This document shows, in pieces, positions 14,620-27,405 of a stretch of DNA of 64,000 nucleotides. The stretch lies in assembly GCF_009914755.1 (NCBI RefSeq), contig NC_060928.1; one strand, 5' to 3'. Under the pieces are notes generated by a model. The model saw only the letters and a program-made list of their open reading frames with translations, did no database searches and had not been told where the DNA came from. How positions within the stretch are numbered: position 1 is the stretch's first letter; every line of letters starts with the position of its first letter. The translations under genes were made by a program, and so were the position numbers. Source of the stretch: the human T2T-CHM13v2.0 reference genome, Homo sapiens.

Positions 14620-14800
14620 CAGTGGTTAAAAACATAGTTTCTGGAGTTAGTCACCTTTTGGGCTATTAAGCAAAGCCTGACCTCTCTAAACATGAGTTCA
14701 CTCCTTAGTAAAATATGAATGATAAAAGCATGATCACATTGGTTTGCAGTGAGGCTCAAACTAGATAATGTCTGCGAAGAGACTGGCACTCAGTACATAA
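14620..14800 (+). mobile_element. MIR
   Basis: 'cagtggttaaaacatagtttctggagttag...tcactccttagtaaaatatgaatgataa...gtgaggctcaaactagataatg'. Confidence 0.6.
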
Positions 14801-15189
14801 ATAATTTTGGCTTTATGATTATCACTAGAGTAACAACTGTGAAATTCTTTCATATTTACCATTTGATTGATTGTTAAGAAAATACTCTGAAGTAAATGTA
14901 ACTCATATTACTTATGGAAATATGAGTTATATGTTTATAGAAAAAGAAACTGAGGCTTATGAAAATTTATCTTACTCTTACCCTTGTTTGCAGTAGATGG
15001 CAGAACTGAGAATTGACCAGGCATAAATATCAAGAATCTATGCTTTTTCTACTTTAATATCAAGTGTATGTGTATGTGTGCACATGCGCATGTGTGTTTT
15101 ACATGCTTTATACACCTGAAACATTGAGTTAGTCATTGGCAAGTCTGTTAGTGGAAAGTATGAAGTACAACGTGTTAATAATTTGGTTC

Positions 15190-15700
15190 GGTTCCATTAA
15201 CCTTTATTGAGCATCTAGTGTAAGCAATGGAAGAAATATCTGAATAATAAAATCTTTGCCCAAAAAATTCGTGTTCTATGTTGGGAGACAATCATTTATA
15301 ACCTAAACTGATAAGCACAATATGAGTACACCAGACAAACTGGCAAATAGAAACAAGATGTTGACTCTGCCAGGGATGGGGTAAGATGAAATGAATGATT
15401 TCCGAGAACAGTTATGGAGAAGGTGACCTGAGGCAATGTTTTAAAGACTGGGCAGAGTTTCTTACATGAGAGGTCATCCAAGAAAATGAGAAATATTGCT
15501 AAGAAATAGAAGTGAAAGGAACATTAATTTGAAAACATTAAGAAACTCAGTATCACCAGAATTGATACTTAGGCATTTGGCAGGATGGTAAGAAGGAGTT
15601 AGGTAAGTATGAGACCAAAATATACAAAGATTTTTTTTTTTTTTTTTTTTTTTTTTACCGAAATGCAACTAAGATCTACTAAGAAATTCTGGATATTCCC
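15190..15700 (-). mobile_element. Degraded L2 fragment containing a poly(T) run (15630-15656)
   Basis: Reverse L2 3' end 'tttattgagcatctagtgtaagca' followed by 'ggagaaggtgacctgagg'. Confidence 0.5.
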
Positions 15701-17949
15701 AGTGGAGAAGGGATACATTTTCTCCTCTCTGCCTCAGAAATTATCAAATTAGAAATCCTGATTATAATCTCAAGGCACTAGGTCGCTGATGTTGGGTAAT
15801 TCCAGGAGCAGAAGGTCAGAGATCATGCCTTATGATCAGAAAGTCTGTCTCTTTGATTTACTACACAAGGATAATCCACCTTGTTTTACTTCTTCAGGAT
15901 CATTTAGGGAACTAATGGTGCAATGTCAGGCATATAGATGTGGTTGATAGAAAAACACGCAACTGGTTAGTGAGCTCTCACAGAGACAGTTAAATGGAAT
16001 GTTTATGATTTCATTTGTAACTAGCACAATCTTGGGAGTTAGTGAAATCCCTTTCAGAGCCCCAATTTAATCAAAGTCATCTAATTAAAAACCTACTAAA
16101 AAAGTACTTTTCAAAAAGTTTTAACTACTTTCCCAGTTGACTTAAAATGAAGAGAAAATAGCTTTTATTGTGACAAAATCTAATAAGAAGTCAGTTATAT
16201 TTCAGTTTATTGAGAAAATTAAACATATAGGCAACTTGAAATTACAAGCTTATAACCATACTGAAACTAATTATCAATCAATATTTCATAACAGCCCTTC
16301 AAATTAAGCAATGTTAAGACTCAGAGACTCAGTCGCTTGGGATTTTGAATTTGATAGAGTCCTTTTTGGATCATAAAAATTTCACTTCTATACCTACAAG
16401 GACTTCACATATACATCTGCTCTTACATACTGCTTACTGAATATATCTGACTTCTTCAGTAGATAATTCTGAGACAAAGCATCCCTTGTCTGACAAACAG
16501 TGCTACAACTCTATTCATTAATACTTTTTTATGTTTACAAAGGGATTACCGGCATGACAATAAGGCTCATTATTTTCAGAAGCTTGTAACTATGCGGGAG
16601 AATTTATATATACTTCTGTGTGATGAAGAATTGGATGCAGTCTCTTTGGAAGCTGTGCACCAACAAAAGATGAAGAATAGACAAGCCCACTCTTCATCAG
16701 GTAACAAATCTGGCATCTGATCACAATTGATGGCTGGTTTATCATCTACAAGGAACCATGCCAATATTGTGTTAAAAGTTTTAACAAAATTAACTGAAAA
16801 TCGCTCTCAATATGTATTTTTTTCATAATACTGAGCATATACAGTTTATTCAGAGCCATACAAAATGAAATTGTTGCATGGAGACAGGGATATGCTCTAA
16901 GACCATTTTTGCTCCATGGCAAGTTTCTGGAAAATGGTTGAGACTACAATCACATTGTACATTTGATTGATTTGGAAATCTTCCCTGGAAATAACAATCA
17001 TTTAATGAAAAATAATAATGCCTGTAGAGGAACTTATTTTATAAGTCTTACCTCTCATGCTTTTTGCCTGATCATCAAACCATTCTTTTACCAGACTCTA
17101 CAATTAGGCATGTGCTGTATTGATGGACAGTCTGTACAGTACATGAACACAGTAGATGTAAACACTGTGCTTGGAGGCTCATCTACTATGTCATATGACA
17201 TGAATAAAAGCATTTAATGGGCATTGAGAATGTTTTTTCCTGTCTTCAGTTTTCAGCATATCTCCCAAGTCTCATTTCAGCTTACCTACCTGGATTCCTG
17301 CTTCAGTTTTTGGGCTCTGAGAATTTCTCACTCTTTCTCGTTTTTTGTTTTTGTTTTTTGTTTGTTTGTTTTCTCTTCATTCTAGCCATGCATTTAAAAA
17401 ATGACATAAACATTTTATACAGAATCCTTATGTATTTTGTAGTTTATTTTGTTGCTGTGGGATTTTTACAGGGTATATAATTTCCACGTTTTCATGAATT
17501 AAATCATCACCTACTTTTAGCATATGAATAAAACTTTAGGGCTCAAAATGCAATTATAGCACTTTTTAATCATAACATAGATTTGAACATATGCATTTAA
17601 ATATTATAAGCTCATATGTAAACTACCAAGATAGTTTAAAAAGTAAGCACAGTATAACACTGAAATCAATATCATCAATATCATAATATAATTTATATTG
17701 CTTTTACCTAACCTACTGAACTGATAATTATTAGAAGAAATTTGCCTTTTAAATTCTCAAAAGACTGTGAGAGAGAAAAAAAATCATTTTAATGAAACAT
17801 ACAAAGCACGTTCATTATAAAACACAAGTGAAAAGCAATGTATTTTTGGGAAGATTTAAAATGAGACAGAAAACAGAGATAGAAAAAGAAACGTGCTTAG
17901 GCCTCATGCATGAGGTTTTTCCTTAAGATTTAAGTTTTACTTAAGATAT

Positions 17950-20150
17950 TAGAAATATTTTCTCAAAAATTACTACACCATCAATCAACGTAATGCATCT
18001 GATTAACAGTTTGATTTTTAAAAATCATATGACCTTTTCATTAAATTTTTAAATAAACTTCAATAATAATTCATGATGAAAATATTAGCAAATTGGGATT
18101 AGGAAGAAAATTTTATTTGGAAAAGTACGTATTTTTAAAAACTACAACCAAAACCACACTTGATTTTGGAATACTGAAAAGTTTTTCTTTAAATTCACTA
18201 CTAAGAAAAATTTGTTCCATATGCCTATTTCTGTTTTTCTTTGAACTGGAAACCCTGAACATCTCATTAAGGCAACAGAAGTAAATAAATTTGTAGAGAT
18301 TAATACAAAACAATAAATGTTACTATAATTTTAGATGATACTATTGTGTATGGAAAATTTAAAAACAATCAATAGATACTACTAATTTTATAAGAGTTTT
18401 ACAAGAGTGCTGAATACAAAACAATTACAGAAAAATAAGTTGGACCAACCAAAAATCTTAGTCAAAATTTTAAAGAAATAATGTATATATCATAAAAAGC
18501 AAAAAATATATATGTAAATATATGATAAGTGGAAATTGTTAATAATTGTCCAGCTTGAAATGCATTGCAGAATTGAATTAATCTATTGATATACAACATA
18601 TGGATAGAAAAATTCAATATTATAAAAACATCAAGTCCCTTTAAATTGATTTATAGTTTTAATTTAATCCCAATAAATACCACACATATTTTAGGGGAAA
18701 GCTAATTCTAAAATTTATGTGAAATTAATTGAGAAGGGTCAATCATTGCCAAGATACTCATTTAAGGAAAGACTATCGATAGACGACTTGATCAATGAAA
18801 TATCATTATTTATTATAGAACTATATAAATTCTGACAAAGTAGCACCAATAGGTGCAGGAACAGACAATAGAGAACCTGAAAATTAACCACATCTATACA
18901 GATGCTTAGCGTATAAAATGAATCACTGAAATCAGAAATCAGAATCTTTTCAATAATTGTTGGTACAATGATTAGGCATCCAGAAAGGGAAACAAAAGAA
19001 ATTTGATTCCCACTCAAATTCATTCCAAGGGGACTAAACACCTAATAAAGTTTTAGAAGATCGAGTATGAGAGTATCTTTGTGACCTCAAGCTGAGTGAA
19101 GTTTTCTGAAAACCCAAATATGCTACCAAAGAAGGATGGGATTAATAAACTCAACTACATTAAAATTGAGAATATCAGCTTACAAAAGATTTCATATGTT
19201 TATTTTTTTAAGGGCAACCATCTTGGAGAACATGTTTCTAATATCAGTCAATAGGAAATATCCAGAACATCCAAACAAAAACACTGGACAAACTAAATAT
19301 TTACTTCACAAAGGGATGTATGCTAATGGCCAATTCATGCATGTAAAGATGTCAAACTCATTGCTAGTTGCAGAAATGCACCTTACATGACAATTGTTTA
19401 CCACTTTAAACATCCAAAATAGTAGCAAGAATAAAATACTGTATTTGTAAATACTTTGTGCTGGCAAATAGAAGATAAGGAAACTCTCTTCTCTCCCATC
19501 TATCACTGATGAGGAAAACAATTAATTCAAGCACTTTGAGAAATAGATAAGCATTATCCAGTGAAATTGAAAACATGAATACTGTATTAGTCATAAGTTA
19601 GGGTCCTGGATATATGCTGGAGAGAAAGCTGTGTTCATGTATGAAAATGGTACATGGTAGCAGTCTTAATAAAAGTAATAAAAAAGGAAACAAAAATATT
19701 TTGATAGCAAAACAGGGAAATAAATTATCATATATTAATACAAATGAATACTACCTATCATTGAAAATGAATGAAATGTATCTATCAATACATATTGATG
19801 TTAATCTCTAAAACATTTGAAGAACAATGGTGATCACCAAAGAATACACAGTCAGATTCCAATATACCTCACTAAAGATTTTATTTATATGAGTACATAT
19901 TTTTAGGTGAAAATAAAGACAACAAAGTAAATTATAAATATAAAATTACAGATAATTAACTTAGGCAGAAGGAAACACTTTAAGACTACTGAGATAAACA
20001 AGATGTTGCAAGTATTTATAACATAATTTTTCTCGAGCTGTATGTGGATATTAGGGGATTTGCTCTGTTTTTTTTTTAAATATCTTATTGATATGTTATA
20101 CAGTACATATTTGTTTTATGATAGAAGACTTCAAAAGTGTATTTAAAAAG
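17950..20150 (+). mobile_element. Ancient L1M (L1MC/ME-type) ORF2-3'UTR remnant
   Basis: A-rich, with degraded L1 ORF2 motifs ('agctaattctaaaatttatgtgaaa', 'gaaatcagaatcttttcaataattgttggtacaa', 'caactacattaaaattgagaat'). Confidence 0.75.
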
Positions 20151-20859
20151 AATATTTCAAAAAATTAGGTTTGTGTGAATGTTATAGCTATTTTTAAAGC
20201 TAATAAAATTAGCATAATCATTTACATATCAACATTAATGGAATTTAGTTATTTTAAAAGGCTGAGCACTGTTGTTTTGACATTGCAGTTTTCCTTTCAC
20301 ATTCTTTACCGCCCATTTGCCATAAAACACTGTTTGGAGTAAACTCATCCCCTTATTTTTTTTCCACTCTCTCATAACATTCTGATCTATTTTCCTTATG
20401 CACTTTTAAGCTTTCCAAAGGAATTTTCCATTGTATTTTTAAAATCATAATAGAATGGCCTTTAGAAGAATTATACTTGCCCTTCCCTTTGTGAATGACC
20501 ATATCATGTTTTTCTCATTTCATCAGGAAAAATGTTATTTTTGGCAATCAGATTTAGAGATTATATCCTTAAAAGAAAAAAACCCACTAAACATGCCATC
20601 TTTTGATTATGTGTACAATATTCAGAATGCTGTTGCTGTAATCTAATACATTAGAATTGGTATTTTCAAATTGAATTATGTCAAGGAAGTCTTTTCAAAT
20701 ACTTTTGTTTCTTAAAAACATCTATCTGCCCATTTACCTTCTTAACCATCCGTGTTGAAAAAGAGAATATTTAATTGCTCTGAGGTGAACCCTGGGGACC
20801 CTGAACTGGTTTTCAAGTTTATAGTCAGAGACTACATTCATGTGCTTTTATCTTTCTGA

Positions 20860-21223
<364 letters not shown>

Positions 21224-21619
21224 TCTGTCTTCTTAATCTATTACTGAGGTGCTGTTAGATAACAGGAGCAAGAATTGTTTTGCTAAAAACACTTTAAAAA
21301 AATAATGCTAATTTATTGATGGCTTAAACTGGTGAAGAGAATTACTGATGCCAACATATTTGGAACACTTGTCCAAGATGAACATTTTGAAAAGTTATTT
21401 TGTTTCCATATATAAAAGACCCATAAGATTCTCAAACGCAGTTCTTGAGAACTAATTGCCAGCTGAAGACAAACATTAATTGGAGTCAAGGGAAGATGGA
21501 TACGAGTTTGCACCTCCTCATTCTTAAATAATTAAGAAGCTTGTTCTAGAATGTGGTTGTTATGTAGATGGAAGGGCCTAACTCAAATCTTTTAATATTA
21601 AGAGAAAATAATCCATATC

Positions 21620-22126
21620 AGATGACCTCAAGCTGGAGACTGGAGAATGCTGGAGATCTCTGAGACACTTTCAAGGGTTCTGCAAGGTCAAAACCATTTT
21701 TATAATAATATTTTCAAATTTGCATTCTTCAATCCCATTCTTTCACAAAGGTGAAGTAGAACTTTTCAGACGCTAAATAGCATGTAATATCACAATAGAT
21801 TGAATGCACAAACAGCTTATGAGAAACCAGCTGTCGTTTATTGTCAGACATTACAGAGAGTTACAAAGAGAGAAAATGATGCCACTCTTGTAATTTTTTA
21901 TTTTGGAAAATATGCTTATTTTCATAAAAATAGAATCAGTATGTTAACTAATAGGTGATTTGTTTGCTCATGTTAAATGGAATAAAAAACATTTCATATT
22001 TTCATTTTTAATTTCACATAATGTAAATAAAAATTAAATCTTACTTAAAACCAAAGCATTTTGGGGTGCTCAGGAAGTTTTTAGAGCATAAACGGATATT
22101 TAAACGCAAAAGTTTGAGAACTACTG
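21620..22126. mobile_element. hAT-Charlie DNA transposon remnant (Charlie2-like)
   Basis: 'agattgaatgcacaaacagcttatgagaaaccagctgtc' and hAT-like terminus 'aaaagtttgagaactactg'. Confidence 0.6.
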
Positions 22127-22479
22127 ATCTTAAATTATATTGAATTGTAAGATGATTTACTCCCACAATATAGTTTATAATTTTTCAGGTTGTACAAACC
22201 ATCTTATTTCTTAGTTTGCCTGAAACACAATGAGTTAGAGTAATGGCGATAGATTTCTTAGCAATTTGAACAAAATAGAATGATTACATTTTATCCAAAG
22301 TATTTTCTGATTGATTTATGGTATTTGATAAAATTTTATTTTATTTTTAAGAAAAGACTAGAATTAGGAAACTGATTTTAATATTTTAATTCTTTACAGT
22401 AATAAGTATAAATTATTTATAGGGAAAATTAATTTTTAATATGATTTTGAAATTTGTTTTTTAAATTGGAAGCAAGATT

Positions 22480-24100
22480 TATATCAACAATAATAAAATC
22501 AAACTTTCTTCTCTTTAAATTTTACAGGGATGTGTTTTAAATTTGTATTTGTGCAAAGAAAAATATCTTTCCAAATATACACTTCTAGATCTCAATTAAT
22601 TTTATATATGTATATACCGCATAACCAACACCAAGATCAAGATGTAAAATATTTTCAAGAATATCCCATTTGACCAGTTTTAAGCAAACTGTTTTCCAAG
22701 AGATTTCACTCATTTGTATTCCCACCAGCAATCTAGTTGTTCTATGTCCTTCGCAACCTTTGACATTGTCAAGCTTTTAAACTGCAGCCATCCTAATGTG
22801 TATGTGTCACGGTATCTTGTAGTCATTTTAACTTTCATTTCAGTCGTGATTACTGCTCTTCAGCCTCTTTCCGTATCATTATGGACCATCTGAATATCTA
22901 TTTTGTGAAATGCTCCTTCAAACGTTTTACTCATTCATCAACCATATTCTCTATACTATGTGTAGACGTTACTTGTAGTCTATGTGCTTTATAAATCTTC
23001 TTTCCTGATCTCTGACCTCTATAAACATAACTTTTTATTGTAATCAGAACAAAATAATGAATATGTACTTTGCTGCGTAGTGATTTTTGTATCCTTCAGA
23101 AAATCTTTGACAACTGTAACATCAAAATGCATTTTAGTATGTTTTTTGCTGCAACATTATTTTATATGTTACAGTAGTTCTATGATGAATCTCAAATAAA
23201 TTATTTTGTATTTTGTGAGGAAGAATATGAGACTCATTTATTTTTCCATATGGATATGCACTTGATCTGCCATCATTTATTTCAAAGAACATTCTTTCCA
23301 GAATGGCCCCTTTTAGTTAAATCAGGTGGCTACAATGCATGGTTTTGCGTCTGAACTGTTTATTCTTCTCCTATGATTCTCTGTTTTTTTTTTCAGAATT
23401 CTCAGAAATTATGCCTTTGAATTGCAGTTTTAGAACATTTACATTTAATGTATATATTAAATATGTCAATTGTGTTTAAATCTACCATTCTCATATTTGA
23501 TGTCTCTCTGTTTTTTATCTGTTTATTTCTCCTTTTATATTTTCATTTTTCTTTTGGATTAATTGCATTTTTCTAGCATTTCATCTTATCTGCACTATAC
23601 TTTTATTAGACATACTTCTTTTTTTAATTTATTGCTCTCAAATTTACAGTATTCATATTTATCAGTCTATTTTCAAAATGTTATATCACTTCACATATAA
23701 TGTAAGAATCATACAATATTCCCCCTTTGTCTTTTTGCTGTTATTGTCATGTATTTTGGCTCTAAATAATAATATGTAAAATAAAATTATACATTAGATA
23801 AAAGGCTTTATATATTTTACTTAACTTATTTTCCACCTATGGCGCTCTTCATTCTTTTGTAAAAACCTAAATTTCTGTCAACCTGTAGACCTTTTTTTCA
23901 CATTCTTAAAGGGCAGGTATGGTGCCATCAAATTCTCTTAGCTTTCATCTTTCTGAACATGTCTTTATTTTGCCTGGATTTTTGAAGCATATTTTCTTTG
24001 GGTATAAAAATATGAAATATCTCAGCTTCCAACAGGACCACTTACTCTATTTCATTTTTTTATCCTGTTTAGCACATGTCTAGTAATACTTAGTCCTTGG
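22480..24100 (-). mobile_element. Ancient L1M remnants, antisense
   Basis: T-rich with reverse L1 motifs 'tgtattcccaccagcaat', 'ccatatggatatgcacttgatctgccatcatttat', 'aaattctcttagctttcat'. Confidence 0.7.
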
Positions 24101-24340
24101 TTGTCTATCCATATCTAAGAGGAGACAATAAAAAATGAAGCAAAATCAGGAAAAACAAATATTTATATATATATATTATAAATAATTTACACTTAAAATA
24201 TATACTTGTTACATACCTCATTCTAACTCTAAGGCTGCCACTTTTAACTCAGGATGGTCTGATAAGAAGTCAGCTGCCAAGCAGGAAAATCACCTAATGG
24301 AAATTAAAATATCTTTCCCTTGGAGATGTCTCCATTTCTT

Positions 24341-24373
24341 CACTTGATCTTAGCTAAAAGGCTGAGAAGTGAT
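24341..24373 (-). pseudogene. 3'-truncated U2 snRNA retro-pseudogene (U2 nt 1-33)
   Basis: Minus strand reads ATCACTTCTCAGCCTTTTAGCTAAGATCAAGTG versus U2 ATCGCTTCTCGGCCTTTTGGCTAAGATCAAGTG (30/33, two differences are CpG decay). Flanked by tccatttctt / tcaatttctt. Confidence 0.88.
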
Positions 24374-24816
24374 TCAATTTCTTAAATCAAACACTAATAG
24401 ATTCTTTGCCTGGAAGGCAGAAAACAGGATTCCAGACTTTTCACAAATGTACATAGAATTATTATAAATATATATTTATTTTTAGCACCAAATGGTAATT
24501 GCATCTTTCAGCATACTCAGCATGTCTGAGTTTTCAAATATTTTGGGTATTGTGGAAGTAGTTGGCTTTCTTCTGGAGATATTTGAATAATTTTCCAGAC
24601 TATTACTCCCAAATTCAATTAATAAGCATCTACGCTGGTAACATATTTTAGTGGTACACACACACTCTCTCTATATATATGTACATACATATATACACAC
24701 CCACACACATATGTATATATAAAATACATGTATATTATATGTAATATATTTATTTTTATATCAGTTAATACTTCTCTGTTCATAATATATTATTATTTAT
24801 AAATTATTCATAGATG

Positions 24817-24985
24817 GCATTAGGATACTTAATTTATATATGTCTCTTACTTATAGATTATAGTAGAAATATTTTACATTGTATTATTAGTATATTAGTA
24901 TAGGTAGCATTAGGATGCTTAAATAATTTATATATGTATATTACTTATAAATTATAGTAGAAATATTTTGTAGTATATTATTAGT
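24817..24985. repeat. Diverged ~90-bp tandem duplication in AT-rich DNA
   Basis: 'gcattaggatacttaa...cttatagattatagtagaaatatttt' from 24817 recurs as 'gcattaggatgcttaa...cttataaattatagtagaaatatttt' from 24907. Confidence 0.8.
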
Positions 24986-25412
24986 GTAATTCCACATAAA
25001 ACAAAAGCTTTTATTGATGTCAGTTTCTGATTATGATGATCTAACTCCCTGTAGCCTGTTAAAATCATCATGTTAAAAATCCTTATAATGTGGTTTAGTT
25101 TTCAACATAAGAGTAGGGAAAAAATACATGCTGCCTTATTTAACTTGTTTACATTATTAATATAGCCTCATTTCTGGACATTTAAAGATAAATGTCTATT
25201 TTGTGATGGTAATTATACTGAAAATTACTTAACTGAATCCGTAAATCTAGTTGTCCAAGTATTGTTAAGTTGCAAAGCCCAAGCTCCTGACACTTTCCTG
25301 TGGTATGTTCACTCAGGTTTGAAGATGCAGCTCCAGAATGCAATTCCCTTGTTCTAACCTCCTCATTTACCACCCACCCATATGGTCTCTGCTGTGAAAA
25401 AAGTATAGACAG

Positions 25413-25717
25413 GGTCAGGCACTGTGGCTCACGCCTGTAATCCCAGCACTTTGGGAGGCCGAGGTGGATGGATCACGAGGTCAGGAGTTAGAGACCAGAC
25501 TGGCCAACATGGTGAAACCCCATCTCTACTAAAAACACAAAAATTAGTTGGGCGTGGTGGCAGGCACCTGTAATCCCAGCTACTCGGGAGGCCTGAGTCA
25601 GGAGAATCCTTTGAACCCGGGAGACAGAGGTTGCAGCGAGCCAAGATCGCTCCAGCGGAGATTGTACTCCAGCCTGGGAGACAGGGTGAGACTCTGTCTC
25701 AGAAAAAAAAAGAAAAA
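25413..25717 (+). mobile_element. AluS element with TSD
   Basis: Full Alu. TSD aaaaaagtatagacag at 25397-25412 and 25718-25733. Confidence 0.97.
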
Positions 25718-26047
25718 AAAAAAGTATAGACAGGTCTCATTTTCTAATGGCTCCCTTCTAGTTCAATAAGTTGTAATATTTTATCATTAATAATTTATTA
25801 TCATTTTAAATGGTTCTCTGTAAAGAAAAAAGAGGGTTAACTTGCACTGTTCCGCTAAGGACTTGAGTAGTATAATGTATAATCTTTCTAATTTGCTAGA
25901 CGGAAGTAATTGTATTGTATCATGTTTTAATTTGCATTGGGGTTGTAAATAAAGTGAACATTTAATACCCTAGTAAAGTGATTTTTAATGTCAATATTTA
26001 GAAGATTATTGATTACCGAAATTTAGCTTTAAAAATTATCTTTGATT

Positions 26048-26408
<361 letters not shown>

Positions 26409-27249
26409 TCAGATAACTTTTTGTAGACCACTATTTGTATCGTTAATGAAAATATATATTTTCCTTATTCTACATTTTTAGTTTTTAAAAACTATCATGT
26501 ATTATTTAATTTGACATATAGTTTTCTGTACTTGTACTAATGCCATCAGCTAACAAAATCAATAAACAATGGAACCCATTGGGCATAAATCAACTTAATT
26601 AACAGTTATACATCTGTTATTAAACATTGAAAGGCATTTTATTCTCTTGTTGAGTATAGATATGGCCCTAATTAACCATTATAAAACTTATACATACCCA
26701 TAGAAAAAGAACATTCAAAATATAAATAAAAAATAGCCCCAGTGATTTTTTTCTGTTTACCAGGGTGCATATTTGAAATTACATTACTTTAGTGAAAAAA
26801 TGCTAGCCAAACATCTTTATAGTATTTGTAAAAATGTAAATGTCAGAGAATAAATAAAGCTCATTTCTCTGGTCAGCTTGGAATTTTTTTTCAGGATCAT
26901 AACTCATTGTTAAATTTCATGTAAACTGATTAGCATATTTTATTTAATTATGTATTATCCATGTTTCTCTTTGCTAATTGAGTGGTTTTTGAATTATGTT
27001 TGTAAAATAATGTAAAATGTTTCCATGAGAATAATAGTAACTATGAAACTCACTTCCTTGCAAAAGCAAATTTAAATAATGAATTCATGTAACTACTGGT
27101 AGAATATGCTACAAAAAAGTACTTGTGTATTTATTTACATTTGTGAAAACAAAGTGTACTCATAGAAGCTGCTAACAGATCACCCTTGGAGATTGCATGT
27201 TCACTTTAGAGTCTGTTAGGTTTGCCCTGCATGAACGTCTAAGATCTTT

Positions 27250-27405
27250 TCAAAAAATTGTTATTGTAATAAGGACTCTTAAAATGAGATTTGTTCTATT
27301 AACAGATTTTTAAATGTACAATACAGTGTCATTATCCATAGGCTAAACGTTGTATAACAAATCTCTAGAATGTACTTATTATGCATAACTAAAATTTTAT
27401 AATAC
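27250..27405 (-). mobile_element. L1MA/MB 3'-end fragment
   Basis: 'tttttaaatgtacaatacagtg...gttgtataacaaatctctagaa...tgcataactaaaattttata' is a reverse L1M 3' terminus. Confidence 0.7.

Noticed and set aside
17902-17915. Perfect 14-bp palindrome CCTCATGCATGAGG
   Set aside because: A few palindromes of this length are expected by chance in 64 kb.
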